From contig JBGARZ010000029.1 of NCBI GenBank assembly GCA_044229975.1, positions 1 through 64,000 of the forward strand: a stretch of 64,000 nucleotides of DNA, in the 5' to 3' direction. The translations under genes and the position numbers were made by a program. The first letter of the stretch is position 1, and each line of letters opens with the position of its first letter. This stretch comes from Polyangiales bacterium. Lineage in GTDB: Bacteria; Myxococcota_A; Polyangia; Polyangiales; Ga0077539. Positions 38,969 through 48,703 of the stretch are shown here, piece after piece. Under the pieces are notes generated by a model. That model was given only the letters and a program-made list of their open reading frames with translations. It was not told the DNA's origin and did not search any database.

Positions 38969-40582
38969 ATGGGAGCTAAGGCGCCGTCGCGCGTCCTGTT
39001 GCAGTTCGCGGGCAACAAGCGGAACGACCCGAAGCACGGCGCGGAACGGCCCGGCGTGCGCGTCGCACGGATGGCGGAGCTCACGCCCCTCGCCCAAGTG
39101 TACGTCCTCGCGACCGCGGGGGACGGCGTGTCCTCGCAGCACGCGGACGAGCTCGCTGGGGAGCTGGGCAAGCACCGGCGCGGGGGCCTGAAGGTGTCGA
39201 CGCGTCCCCTCGGCGCAGGTCAGCCGCCCGACCCCACGTCGCGGGCGTCGGTCCGCGAGTCGTCCGTGCAACTGGTCGAAGCCTTCTCGGGCTCGGAGTT
39301 CGGTGCGCGCTTCAGCGAGACCGAGTTTCTCGTCTCGGCCGTGACCGGCACACCGGCCCAGTGGACCTCGCTTGTTGACGCGCTCGACGGGGCTGGCGCG
39401 CGCCTCGGCGTGGTGTGGGAGCGTCCCGATGGTTCCCTTGCCATCTGGCGGGTGCACGAGGGCGGCCGGAGCGTCGAGCCCGAGCTCGCTCTGCTGGATT
39501 GTGCGCCTGCCGCCTGGAATATTCTGCTTTCCGGGCCGACGGGGGCGGGCAAGTCAGAGGCAGCGCGGCGCCTTCACAATGCGTGGCAGCGGCATCTCCG
39601 CCGGGGCGAGGCCCTCGTCTCTGTCAACGCGGCCGCCATCCCGAGAGACCTCCTCGAGTCGACGCTGTTCGGGTACGAGAAGGGGGCCTTCACCGGCGCG
39701 ACGGAGTCGAAGCGCGGCGCCTTCCAGGAGGCCCAGGGCGGCACGCTGTTCCTTGACGAGGTCGGGGACCTGCCGTTCGACCAGCAGGTGCGCCTGCTGA
39801 CCGCGCTCGACCTCGGCCCGGACATGCGGCGCCGCGTCGTGCGCGTCGGCGCACGCGCGCAAGAGGCGGTCGACGTGCGGCTCATCCTCGGCACGAACCG
39901 CGATCTCTACGCGCTCGCGCGCGAGGGACGCTTTCGGCACGACCTCCTCGGGCGGATCTCGACCCATCAGGTGCAGCTCCCTCCGCTCGCGGAGGTGCGG
40001 CACCGCATTCCCGGCGCGTACCTCGACCAGCTCGAACGGCTCGCGGGCTTGTACCCCGTGCCGGTCCGCTTCACCTTCGACCGCGACGCGCGACTGCAAC
40101 TGCAGGAGTACATGTTCTCGGCCGAAAGCCGTTGGCCCTGGAACCACCGGGACGTGCTCCAGTCCGCCGAGCGCCTGGCGATGCGCGCGTGGGCCGACGG
40201 CCACGGACGCCGACCTGGGGTCGGAGCCGCGGGCGGCCGCGCGCCCCTTGCCTCGAACATCACCGCGCGCCACGTCGAGCGAGAACTCCGTGAGCTTCGC
40301 ACGCGGCACTCCTCACTCGGGGCCGACGGGCTTGAGGCGGGGTGGGCCGCGGTGGAGGCCAGCCTCCGCCCCGAGGCGTGGGAGCGGATGCCCGCGCTCG
40401 AGCGGTGGGAACTTCGCTACCTGCTCGAGGCGCGCACGGCCACCACGACGAAGGCCGACGCCTGGAGGTGGATCGCGGAGCGCAACCTCCTCGACGGGGC
40501 CCGCGACGAGGCGTCGATGAACAACCCGAGCAATGCCTTCGACAAGCGCTGGCGCCGCTACGCCGCGAGGCTCCGCGGATGA
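38969..40582 (+). CDS. Sigma54-dependent activator with an RtcR/CARF-like N-terminal domain
   Basis: GPTGAGKS, ESTLFGYEKGAFTGA, LFLDEVG, FRHDL, WPWNHRD; the N-terminal VTGTPAQ resembles the CARF motif. Confidence 0.85.
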   Translation: MGAKAPSRVLLQFAGNKRNDPKHGAERPGVRVARMAELTPLAQVYVLATAGDGVSSQHADELAGELGKHRRGGLKVSTRPLGAGQPPDPTSRASVRESSVQLVEAFSGSEFGARFSETEFLVSAVTGTPAQWTSLVDALDGAGARLGVVWERPDGSLAIWRVHEGGRSVEPELALLDCAPAAWNILLSGPTGAGKSEAARRLHNAWQRHLRRGEALVSVNAAAIPRDLLESTLFGYEKGAFTGATESKRGAFQEAQGGTLFLDEVGDLPFDQQVRLLTALDLGPDMRRRVVRVGARAQEAVDVRLILGTNRDLYALAREGRFRHDLLGRISTHQVQLPPLAEVRHRIPGAYLDQLERLAGLYPVPVRFTFDRDARLQLQEYMFSAESRWPWNHRDVLQSAERLAMRAWADGHGRRPGVGAAGGRAPLASNITARHVERELRELRTRHSSLGADGLEAGWAAVEASLRPEAWERMPALERWELRYLLEARTATTTKADAWRWIAERNLLDGARDEASMNNPSNAFDKRWRRYAARLRG

Positions 40583-41142
40583 GACGCGCCTAGCCGCCGA
40601 CGGGCCCGCGAGACGATCTGGTCGACGTTGGCGACGGTGGTGCCGTGGGCGCGCGCCACGGCCTCCCGGTCCTCGCCGAGGCCGACCGAGAACAGGATCG
40701 CGTGGTCGCGCGCCGGGAGCTGCGCGAGGGCGCGATGGGCATCGATCCGGAAGATCATCGCGTCCTCGACGCCTGCTCGGTCGATCACGGTTACTGGCCC
40801 TTCGTCGCGCTCGACCGGCGCGTCGCCGCGCCGGAGCCAGCTCCGCGCGCGGTTGTGCAGGGCGACCCGAAAGAGTGCGCGGGGGCGATCCGCGGCCAGC
40901 AGCTGTCGCAGGCTCGCGAGGAGCAGGTCGACCACGAGGTCGTCTCGGCGGTCGCAGTCGACCTCGCGATACGCGTCGAGCACGCACTCTCCCTCGAACA
41001 GGGCGAGCTCGTACAGGCGTCCCAGCCCTGGGCTCTCATAGGGCGACGGACTCGCGCGGATCTCCGTTGCGAGAGCCTTCCAGGCGTCCTGGGTGGACGC
41101 AGAGGGGAGTGGGCGCGAGTGGACGCGCGAAGACGCACGCAT
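40558..41142 (-). CDS. ECF-type sigma70 factor
   Basis: Region 2 LFRVALHNRARSWLRR; region 4 ALAQLPARDHAIL...EAVARAHGTTVANVDQIVSRARRRL. Confidence 0.7.
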   Translation of the reverse strand: MRASSRVHSRPLPSASTQDAWKALATEIRASPSPYESPGLGRLYELALFEGECVLDAYREVDCDRRDDLVVDLLLASLRQLLAADRPRALFRVALHNRARSWLRRGDAPVERDEGPVTVIDRAGVEDAMIFRIDAHRALAQLPARDHAILFSVGLGEDREAVARAHGTTVANVDQIVSRARRRLGASHPRSLAA

Positions 41143-41335
41143 GGGCGAGTAGCTTCCGGGGGTGTGCGGCGAGCTCGCCAAGCCGGGCCCGCACGGCCCG
41201 ACGAGCGTTCGCCAGTCGTTCCCGTCGCCTGCAGAGAGGATGCCGACGCGTGACGTCAGGAATCGCCGCGAGACGCGTCGGTTCTACCCGTAGCACCTCT
41301 CCAACAGGAGAGGACCAGGCGCGATTCGGTGATCC

Positions 41336-42955
41336 CTACCGAGGTGCCACGGCGCAGCGGAACCCGATGTACATGTCGCGCCCCTCGTCGTGCCGGTTCC
41401 AGGAGTGGCGCGGATAGGCTCCCAGCCACGGCTCTGGCGGAATCGGCGCACGCGTCATCCATTCGCCCGCGTGCGCGGGACCCAGGTCGAACGGCGCGGC
41501 CGGGAAGCCGTCCGCGACCCACTCCAACTCGCTTTGGTCCCGCCGCGTGTCCGCCATATCGCCGACGGTGCGGCGCCAGCGCTGAACCTCCACGGCCGCC
41601 GCGCCCTCGACCGCGCGCGCCGCAGCCTCCCACTCCGCAACCGTGGGAAGTCGGCCCTGCCACCGGTCGGCACAGTACGCCTCAGCTTCCTGGTGGAGCA
41701 CGCACGTGACTCGCTGTGCCTCCCCGCCCGACAGGCGCACGCAGCCCGACGTGGCGGCAAGCAGGGCGGGGCGGAACCGTCGAACCTCACCCACCGTCTC
41801 CGCGTGTTGCTCAAGGCAGAACGGGGCGACGGGGTAATGCGTCGTGCGCCCCGGATGAAGCGCGGTTCCCCAGCGCCGCGCCCCCTCGGGCCACGGTTGG
41901 AGCGCCACCTCGCGTGCGTTGTAGAGCACGAAGCCGACCGGGCAGGTCGGCGTGGGAGCCGCCGTCGCGTCCATCTGCGCCCCGGCCGCGTCCAGGGTCA
42001 CGATCGTGAGAGGGAGCGTCGTCGCGTCGGCGGCGCGCGGTCCTTCGGCGTGGGGAGGTGCTCCGGTGGCGTCGGGCGGGGTGGTTCCAACGAGCGGCGC
42101 AGGGGCGCCGCGGAGGGTCAGGGCCAGACCGATCCCCGTGATGAGTCCGACCACCGCCGCGGCGAGCGTCACGACGCGGGACACGGGACCGCTCGCGGTG
42201 GGCGCGGCGGACGTACGGGGGGCCTGCGCCTCGTGCAGGCGTCGCTCAAGGAGGTCGATGCGGGCGTGCGCCTCGTTGCGAGCCTGGGCAAGGGCGGCAG
42301 CCTGCGTGTGAGTCTCCTGGAGAGCGCGCTCCTGGTCGGCGAGACGGGCGCGCGCCTCGTCGCGCTCCTGGCGTAGCGTGTACTCCCACTTGGTGTACTC
42401 GGCCTTGCGAGCGTCTGTCTCGCGCCGCAACTCTTCGATCGCGCGTTGGCTTGCGCTCGTCACTCGATGTGAGCGGTCGCGCATCGCATCGAGCAGGCGG
42501 AGGGTCTCGTGCGGCATCGGCACGTTGAGGAAGCCGTAGAACCAGGCCACGATACGGGAGAGGCCGCGCGCGACGTCGACGGCGTTCTCCTCGTGGTCCA
42601 CGAACTCGAGCTGGTAGTGAGTGGCAGTGTTGCCGAAGCCATGCACGATGTCGACGACGTTGAAGATGTCCTTGCTGATCGGGCTGCTCGGAGTCTCGCG
42701 CTTGAGCTTCTCGTGGCGCACATACGTGTCGACGGTCGGGTTGCGCAGCGACGCGACGCTCTGCGGGGAGTGCTTTGTGAGGATCCCGAGCAGGACGACC
42801 TCGAGGCAGCGTCGCGCGCGCCACGCGAAGACGACCGGGTTGTCCCAGCGTGCCTGCGCGCAGAGATCGAGCTCGGTGACGAGGTCTGCCAGGAGCTGAT
42901 CGAGGCCGTCCGCGGGTAGGGGCGGCTCTTGTTCGGGAGGGGTCCGGTCGGTCAT
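41336..42955 (-). CDS. DUF4145/HEPN-like domain, coiled coil, TM helix and FGE-sulfatase (SUMF1) domain
   Basis: ARRCLE...HGFGNTATH; one TM helix; C-terminal EAEAYC...RLPTVAEWEAAAR...EWVAD...IGFRCA. Confidence 0.75.
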   Translation of the reverse strand: MTDRTPPEQEPPLPADGLDQLLADLVTELDLCAQARWDNPVVFAWRARRCLEVVLLGILTKHSPQSVASLRNPTVDTYVRHEKLKRETPSSPISKDIFNVVDIVHGFGNTATHYQLEFVDHEENAVDVARGLSRIVAWFYGFLNVPMPHETLRLLDAMRDRSHRVTSASQRAIEELRRETDARKAEYTKWEYTLRQERDEARARLADQERALQETHTQAAALAQARNEAHARIDLLERRLHEAQAPRTSAAPTASGPVSRVVTLAAAVVGLITGIGLALTLRGAPAPLVGTTPPDATGAPPHAEGPRAADATTLPLTIVTLDAAGAQMDATAAPTPTCPVGFVLYNAREVALQPWPEGARRWGTALHPGRTTHYPVAPFCLEQHAETVGEVRRFRPALLAATSGCVRLSGGEAQRVTCVLHQEAEAYCADRWQGRLPTVAEWEAAARAVEGAAAVEVQRWRRTVGDMADTRRDQSELEWVADGFPAAPFDLGPAHAGEWMTRAPIPPEPWLGAYPRHSWNRHDEGRDMYIGFRCAVAPR

Positions 42956-43066
42956 GGGGGCGCCGCATTGTAGGGAGCGCGTGTCGCGCTTGAAATGAGC
43001 TTCAACCCCGTGGTCCGGCCAAGGGGGTGTGGGGCCGTGCGACCGGGCGTCGTCCGGCGTTCGTCA

Positions 43067-43657
43067 TCAGCCCACGCGGGCGAACGGGTCGAGGCGGTCG
43101 AGGAGGGCCACGAGCTGATCGGCCTGCGCCAGCGCGTCGTCGCCGGCATGGTGAGGGCGTAGCCCCGGTCGCGTCGGCACCGGCCCTCCGACGGCGCGGG
43201 CGAGGGCGTCGACGTTGCTGCCCGTGCGCCAGGATCCCCCGTGCAGTCCCCAGATCGCGGCCTTGAGGTCGAGGGGCACGTGGTGGAACGGGTTCGTCAC
43301 GCCCGCGGCGCCGAGTGCGTGCAGGACGAACGCCCAGTCGAACGCCGCGTTGTAGCCCGCGAACACGAGCCGACCAGGGCCCGCGGTGGCCGCCCAATCG
43401 GCGAAGGCGGTGGCCGCCCGTGCAGGGGCGTTCCCTCGTGCGCGGAGCCGGGCGAGGTCGAGCCCGTGGATCCGCGTGGCCGCGCGATCCTCTTCGGCTC
43501 CCTCCGGGGGCGCCCACTCGTCGTAATACTCAGCGCCCGTCTGCCAGCGCGCGCCAACCCGGCGGACCACGACCGCGCCGACCGACAGGAGCGCGTGGCG
43601 TCCCGGAAAGGGACCGGAGGTCTCGCAGTCCACGCTGATGAAGATGTCCTCGCTCAT
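43067..43657 (-). CDS. DEDDh 3'-5' exonuclease (Cap18-like)
   Basis: DCE, NAAFD, HHAGDDA; RBS AAGGAG; divergent from the CD-NTase. Confidence 0.88.
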   Translation of the reverse strand: MSEDIFISVDCETSGPFPGRHALLSVGAVVVRRVGARWQTGAEYYDEWAPPEGAEEDRAATRIHGLDLARLRARGNAPARAATAFADWAATAGPGRLVFAGYNAAFDWAFVLHALGAAGVTNPFHHVPLDLKAAIWGLHGGSWRTGSNVDALARAVGGPVPTRPGLRPHHAGDDALAQADQLVALLDRLDPFARVG

Positions 43658-44055
43658 GGCACGACTCCTTATGGGTGTGGGTACGCCGAGGGCGTCGCTC
43701 CGCTTCCAATGCTAGCCGTCGTGGAGTCGTCGGCGCGGCCGACCTTCACGTCGTGTCGGTGACCGGCGAGGGACACTCTCCTCCCTTCGACGGAGTTGCG
43801 CTCCCGCGGTGGAGTCGGTCCCGGACGAAGTCCGCCTGAACCGGTGTTCCGACTCCTCGGAACTTCGCTCGGTCGGGCTCGCCGTTGGAGCAACGACGGT
43901 GCGGTTCCGACGCCGAAGATCCCCGTGGATCGCAGGCCGGGCGAGGTCGGCTGATGAAATGACGATTCGCTGTCAGGAAGAGCCACGCCCAGGAGTCCAT
44001 GGGGGGAACGAGGGCGCGCGACGCCTTCCCAGCGCGGAACTGCGAGGCGGAGAGC

Positions 44056-45057
44056 ATGACGATCAAGGAGCGTTTCGGCCGCTTCACGCGGCAAATCCGG
44101 CCGACCGAAGGGCACATCGACGAGGCCAACCGTCAGACGGCTTACATGATCGAGCGGCTGCACGACGTCGTGGCGGACTCGGAGCGGTTCAAGCTCGAGA
44201 AGGTCTTGAAGGCGGGCTCGAACGCCAAGTTCACGTCGCTGCGTAGGACCCGGGAGAACGTCTTCGACGTCGACCTCGGCGCCTACTACTCCGGCGAAGG
44301 GGCGCGCCGTGAGGACCTCGACAGACTGCTCGACTTCACCTGCCGCCAGCTCCGGAAGATCTACGGCGACACGAAGGACGCGAGCGACTTCGAGGTGATG
44401 AAGAGCGCCGTGCGCGTGCGCTTCCGCAGCGGCATCAAGCTCAACGTCGACGTGGCGCCCATCATCCGCGACGGCGCCCTCGGTCTGACCAACGGGGGCT
44501 GGATCCCACGCAAGGACGGCTGGCGGCTCACCTCGGTGACCTGTCACGTCGACTTCATCCGCAACCGCTCCGCGCGGGCCAATCAGCTCGCCGGGCCGGT
44601 CCACTTCAACCGCCTCGTGCGGCTCGTGAAGTGGTGGAACAACCTCCAGGGCGACGCTGCCCACCCCTCGATCGTCTGCGACCTCCTCACGGCGGCGGCG
44701 TTCGACGCAGTTGGCGTTACCGGGGAGTGGCAGACGAGCCTGCGCAACGTGTTCGGCTTCCTCCGCAAGCACGGCCTCCGCGAGCCCGTGGTTTTCGGCG
44801 ACCACTACGACGCCTCGGCGGTGTCCCTCCCGGCGGCCCCCGTGGTGATTCTCGACCCCGTCAACCGCGAGAACAACGTCGCCTCGACCTGGACGGCGGC
44901 CACGCGTGCCGACTTCCTGGGGCGGGTGCAGGAGGCCTACGACCGCATGATGGAGGCGCGGAGCCACGAGCTCGACGGCGACGAGGAAGCCGCCGTCGAT
45001 GCGTGGTGCGAGGTGTTCGGGGAGGCCTTCCGAGAGCTGTCGGAACCGGCGGAGTAG
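44056..45057 (+). CDS. CBASS cGAS/DncV-like nucleotidyltransferase (CD-NTase)
   Basis: AGSNAKFTSL, DVD, VDVAP, LVRLVKWW, ILDPVNRENNV. Confidence 0.92.
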   Translation: MTIKERFGRFTRQIRPTEGHIDEANRQTAYMIERLHDVVADSERFKLEKVLKAGSNAKFTSLRRTRENVFDVDLGAYYSGEGARREDLDRLLDFTCRQLRKIYGDTKDASDFEVMKSAVRVRFRSGIKLNVDVAPIIRDGALGLTNGGWIPRKDGWRLTSVTCHVDFIRNRSARANQLAGPVHFNRLVRLVKWWNNLQGDAAHPSIVCDLLTAAAFDAVGVTGEWQTSLRNVFGFLRKHGLREPVVFGDHYDASAVSLPAAPVVILDPVNRENNVASTWTAATRADFLGRVQEAYDRMMEARSHELDGDEEAAVDAWCEVFGEAFRELSEPAE

Positions 45058-45066
45058 GGGGCGGCC

Positions 45067-45582
45067 ATGACGATGACACTGACGCGCACGGGCGCCGCCA
45101 CAACGACGTACGAGCGGATCGAGTACGTGACCCGAAAGGTACGCGCCGACCTGTTCGCGATCGTCGACAGCTACCGCTACTTCGACGAGCGTCGCGCGAC
45201 GAACCTCATCGCCGATGTGCGGACCTTCCTCGACGAGGAGGTGCTCGACCGCGTGCAGTTCGTCTGGCTCCGGCGCGGCACGCAGGTCGTTCTGGAAGAG
45301 TTCCGCTACGTCGTCCTGGCGGATGGTAGCGGTTGCGTCGACGCGCGTTCGGGAGGGGTCCCCTACCGCCCCGAGCTCGCGTCGGCGGACTTCCGCGTCC
45401 AGGTGACCTACAGCGACCGCTGGACGCGATTGTCCGACGCCGAGCGCGAGGCGATCCGCAAGCGGCTCGTGCTCTCGTGGGGGCCGGCAGGAAGGCTCGA
45501 CTACGCCGGGGGGAGCTGGGTGACCGACCGGGCGTACGCGAAGGACGGGTACGCCCTCGAACGAAAGCAGTTCACGCGATGA
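45067..45582 (+). CDS. cap7: Bacterial HORMA-domain protein (Cap7-like)
   Basis: Thr-rich N-tail, KVRADL, C-terminal DRAYAKDGYALERKQF resembling CBASS HORMA1; sits between the CD-NTase and the AAA+ gene. Confidence 0.85.
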   Translation: MTMTLTRTGAATTTYERIEYVTRKVRADLFAIVDSYRYFDERRATNLIADVRTFLDEEVLDRVQFVWLRRGTQVVLEEFRYVVLADGSGCVDARSGGVPYRPELASADFRVQVTYSDRWTRLSDAEREAIRKRLVLSWGPAGRLDYAGGSWVTDRAYAKDGYALERKQFTR

Positions 45583-46856
45583 AGCACGATATCCCCATCG
45601 AACTCTACGACTCGCAGGGGCGCAGCGCGGGTGCGCTCCCCGTCAACGCGACCGAGCTTGCGCGCGAGGCCGAGGCCCTGGCGCGCTCGGAGGACCTCGC
45701 GAAGCGCACGGCCCTCGAGCGCGTCCTCCGCAAACACCTCCAGACCGCGAAGTGCGAGGCCGACGCGGCTGAACTCACGGGGGCGGTCGACGCCCTCGAC
45801 GCGGTCCGGAAGGGTGACGGGCCCAGCCGGATCCAGATCAACGTGCGCCCCTCCGGGCGTCAGGGCCACGCGCGGCGGGCCCACGCGGAGGGGGGCCGCC
45901 CGGGCGCGCCTCCAGGGCGGGCGCCAGCGCCCTCAGCGCAGAGGCCCGCGGGCGCGTCGTTCTTCGAACTCGAGCGCGAGTACCCCGACGAGGAGGCCCG
46001 CGCCTGGTATGGCCGGCTCGTCGGGCTAGACGAGCACAAGCAGCGGCTCCTGACCGAACTCGAGATCCTGCTCTTCCCCGAGCGGCTCGAGCGGTGGAGC
46101 GTCGCCCACCACGAAACCGTCCTGCAAGCGTGCGCCCTCTACCGCAACCGCGTGCCACTCGTGGTCCTCCACGGCGACGTCGGCACGGGCAAGACGGCGC
46201 TCGCGGAGACGGTGGGCGACGCGCTCGCGCGCCGCGTCGACGGACGCGTGCACCTGCTCAAGGTCAACACCCAGGTCCGGGGCACCGGCCTCGTCGGCGA
46301 GATGAGCGACCTGATCGCGCAGGCGTTCGCGCAGGCCGTGGCGCGCGCCGAGGCCGCGCCGACGGAGCCGGTGCTCCTGCTCATCGACGAAGCCGACGCG
46401 CTCGCGTCGAGTCGTGAGGGACAGCAGATGCACCACGAGGACAAGGCGGGCATCAACACGCTGCTCCAGCGCCTCGACAACCTCCGGCTCCTGCGCCTGC
46501 CGATCGCTGCGCTCTTCGTCACCAACCGCCCCGAGGCGCTGGACCCGGCGGTGCGCCGCCGCGCCGCGCTCGACCTCTCCTTCGACCGTCCCAACGACGA
46601 CGCCCGTGCCGCGCTCTTCCGCACCGCCGTCCCCGAGCTGCGCCTCTCGCGCGAGCAGCTGGCCCGTCTGGTCCGGATGACCGGCACGGAGCGGGAGGGG
46701 GGCGACGGGGTGCCGTTCACCGCCTCCGACGTGACCGACCGGCTGCTGCCGACGGCCTTGCGCACGGCCTACGTGGGCGAGCGCACGCTTACCGTCGAGG
46801 ACCTCCTCCAGGCCGCCGCCGCGCTGACCCCCTCCCCGCGCTGCGGCACGCGATGA
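45579..46856 (+). CDS. cap6: TRIP13/Pch2-like AAA+ ATPase (Cap6-like)
   Basis: GDVGTGKT, LLIDEADALA, QMHHEDKAGINTLLQRLD, TNRPEALDPAVRRRAA; ATGA overlap with the HORMA gene. Confidence 0.9.
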   Translation: MKHDIPIELYDSQGRSAGALPVNATELAREAEALARSEDLAKRTALERVLRKHLQTAKCEADAAELTGAVDALDAVRKGDGPSRIQINVRPSGRQGHARRAHAEGGRPGAPPGRAPAPSAQRPAGASFFELEREYPDEEARAWYGRLVGLDEHKQRLLTELEILLFPERLERWSVAHHETVLQACALYRNRVPLVVLHGDVGTGKTALAETVGDALARRVDGRVHLLKVNTQVRGTGLVGEMSDLIAQAFAQAVARAEAAPTEPVLLLIDEADALASSREGQQMHHEDKAGINTLLQRLDNLRLLRLPIAALFVTNRPEALDPAVRRRAALDLSFDRPNDDARAALFRTAVPELRLSREQLARLVRMTGTEREGGDGVPFTASDVTDRLLPTALRTAYVGERTLTVEDLLQAAAALTPSPRCGTR

Positions 46857-46869
46857 GCCGCGCGAAAGG

Positions 46870-48666
46870 ATGACCGCCATGCCGGAAGAAATGACCGTCG
46901 AAGGGTACATCCTGGTTGCCCAACCCGTGCACCAACCGATCGCGGATGCGGCGATGGTGCAGGCGATGCCCGAGGCGCACGGGCGGCTGCCCTACCACAT
47001 CGCGACGATCGAGGCGGCCCTGGTGCCGATGACGGCGGCAGGGGTGATCGACTGGCCCGGGGCTCGGCGCGAAGTCGAGCGCGGCTACCACGACCGCCTG
47101 CGCCCGCTCATCAAGCGCCACCCGGCGCACCGACTTGCGTACTTCGGCACCGCGCCCGTCCCGCTCGCGATGCATCTGGGGTACCTGGTCGGGAGCTGGG
47201 TCCCGAGCGACATCTACCAGCTGCACCACCGCGACAAGGTGTGGGCGTGGCGCGAGCCCGCGTCCGACGCCCCCGCGGCGGTGCTGCGCCCGGTGAACCT
47301 GCCCCAGGACGTCGTCCGCGCCGAAGGGGACGTCGTGATCCGGGTGTCGACCTCGAACCGCATCGACCCGGCCGACACGACCGCCGTGGTGCGCGAGCCG
47401 CTGGCCGAGATCGACATCGCCCTGGAGGTCACGGACTTCGACGCGCTAGCCACGCCCGCGGACGTCGAGCGCGTGGCCATGGAGTTCGTTCGGGCGCTCG
47501 ACGCCATCGCCGAGAAGCGCCCCGGCACCCGGGTCGTCCACGTATTCGCGGCGGTGCCCGTGGGGCTCGCTTTCCGGCTCGGCACCTGCGTGAGCGCCAC
47601 GAAGCACCCGCGCGTCCAGACCTACCAGTACGTGCGCACCGCGGACCCCCACTACCACCCCGCGCTCACGCTGCAGGAGGAGGTCGGCGGTGGTCGCCCG
47701 CCGACCGTCGCCGAGCAGGAGCGCGCGGCAGTCCTGCGCGAGACCTGGGCGTCGGAACTTCAGCTCCTGAGAGATTTCGCGCTCCAGATGCAGGACCAGT
47801 CGGCGGCCTCGCCAGGTACCGGGTGGCTGCGTCGCGCCATCCCCCACGAGCCGGACGCCGAGGCGGACTTCTGCGGCCGCTGGCGCACGCTCCCCGCGCT
47901 CTACGAGACGCCCCTCGCTCAGAGCGAGGTGGACCGTGCAGCGCGGAGCGCGCCGGGCGGGTTCGAGTTCGACACGCGCAGCCGACGCTGGGTTTTCGAC
48001 GACGGCCTGTTGGCGCGCATCGCGGTGCGCCTGACGGGGGACGACGCTCGGCGCGCGGGACGGATGTTCCTCCTACACGAGGGGGTGCACCTGCGCACCC
48101 ACCGCCTGACGACGCCGACGAGCGCGCGGATCGGGCGGTTCCCAAAGCTCGTCGAGGAGGTCGACTACCAGGCGGACGTCTGGACGATGCTCCACGACTA
48201 CGCCTTCACGCGCGCCCGCGACCGGGCCGCGACGGACAATGCCCGCCTTTTCTTCCTGCGGACGATCGACACCGCCCTCCAGACGTTCTGGGCCTTCGAC
48301 GACGAGGGGGTCGCGCTGCGCGAGATCCAGATGCGTCGGCTCAACCGCTACCTCCTCTGGTACTGGCAGCAACTGCGGATTGAACACGCGGAGGGTCTGC
48401 GCGACGTCCTGCGGATCCTTTCGGAGAGGCCGATCCTGGAGCTCGCGGGCCCTGCGGTCGTCGCCCGTGAGGAGCGGGTCTTCTACGCGCTCGACCCGCG
48501 GCGGGTCGCGAGCCCCGAACTCGGGGTGCTCGCCGGCAACGCCATCGCGCGGTTCGGGCAGAGCCCAGGCGTGCGGCTCGGCGATCTGATCGAGGGCTTC
48601 CGGGCGAGGGACGGCGAGCTTGTGAAGGATGCGCTACGGGGGGCCTTCGACCAGCTACCCCGGTAG
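46870..48666 (+). CDS. SAVED domain fused to an HExxH metallopeptidase-like domain (CBASS effector)
   Basis: SAVED motifs YFGTAPVPLAMHLG, YQLHH...WAW, VHVFAAVPVGLAFRLG; C-terminal half has LLHEGVH (48076-48090) and EEVDYQAD. Confidence 0.85.
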   Translation: MTAMPEEMTVEGYILVAQPVHQPIADAAMVQAMPEAHGRLPYHIATIEAALVPMTAAGVIDWPGARREVERGYHDRLRPLIKRHPAHRLAYFGTAPVPLAMHLGYLVGSWVPSDIYQLHHRDKVWAWREPASDAPAAVLRPVNLPQDVVRAEGDVVIRVSTSNRIDPADTTAVVREPLAEIDIALEVTDFDALATPADVERVAMEFVRALDAIAEKRPGTRVVHVFAAVPVGLAFRLGTCVSATKHPRVQTYQYVRTADPHYHPALTLQEEVGGGRPPTVAEQERAAVLRETWASELQLLRDFALQMQDQSAASPGTGWLRRAIPHEPDAEADFCGRWRTLPALYETPLAQSEVDRAARSAPGGFEFDTRSRRWVFDDGLLARIAVRLTGDDARRAGRMFLLHEGVHLRTHRLTTPTSARIGRFPKLVEEVDYQADVWTMLHDYAFTRARDRAATDNARLFFLRTIDTALQTFWAFDDEGVALREIQMRRLNRYLLWYWQQLRIEHAEGLRDVLRILSERPILELAGPAVVAREERVFYALDPRRVASPELGVLAGNAIARFGQSPGVRLGDLIEGFRARDGELVKDALRGAFDQLPR

Positions 48667-48703
48667 CGCTGGGTGACAGCGGCAACGTACGAAAGGAGCG
48701 ACG

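Noticed and set aside
43657..43672. TGGCACG as a sigma54 -24 box for CBASS
   Set aside because: There is no -12 GC, and the sequence is explained by the exonuclease start codon and RBS on the other strand.
43940..43990. CTGATGA as a hammerhead ribozyme core
   Set aside because: It lacks the required GAAA after stem II and convincing stems I and III.
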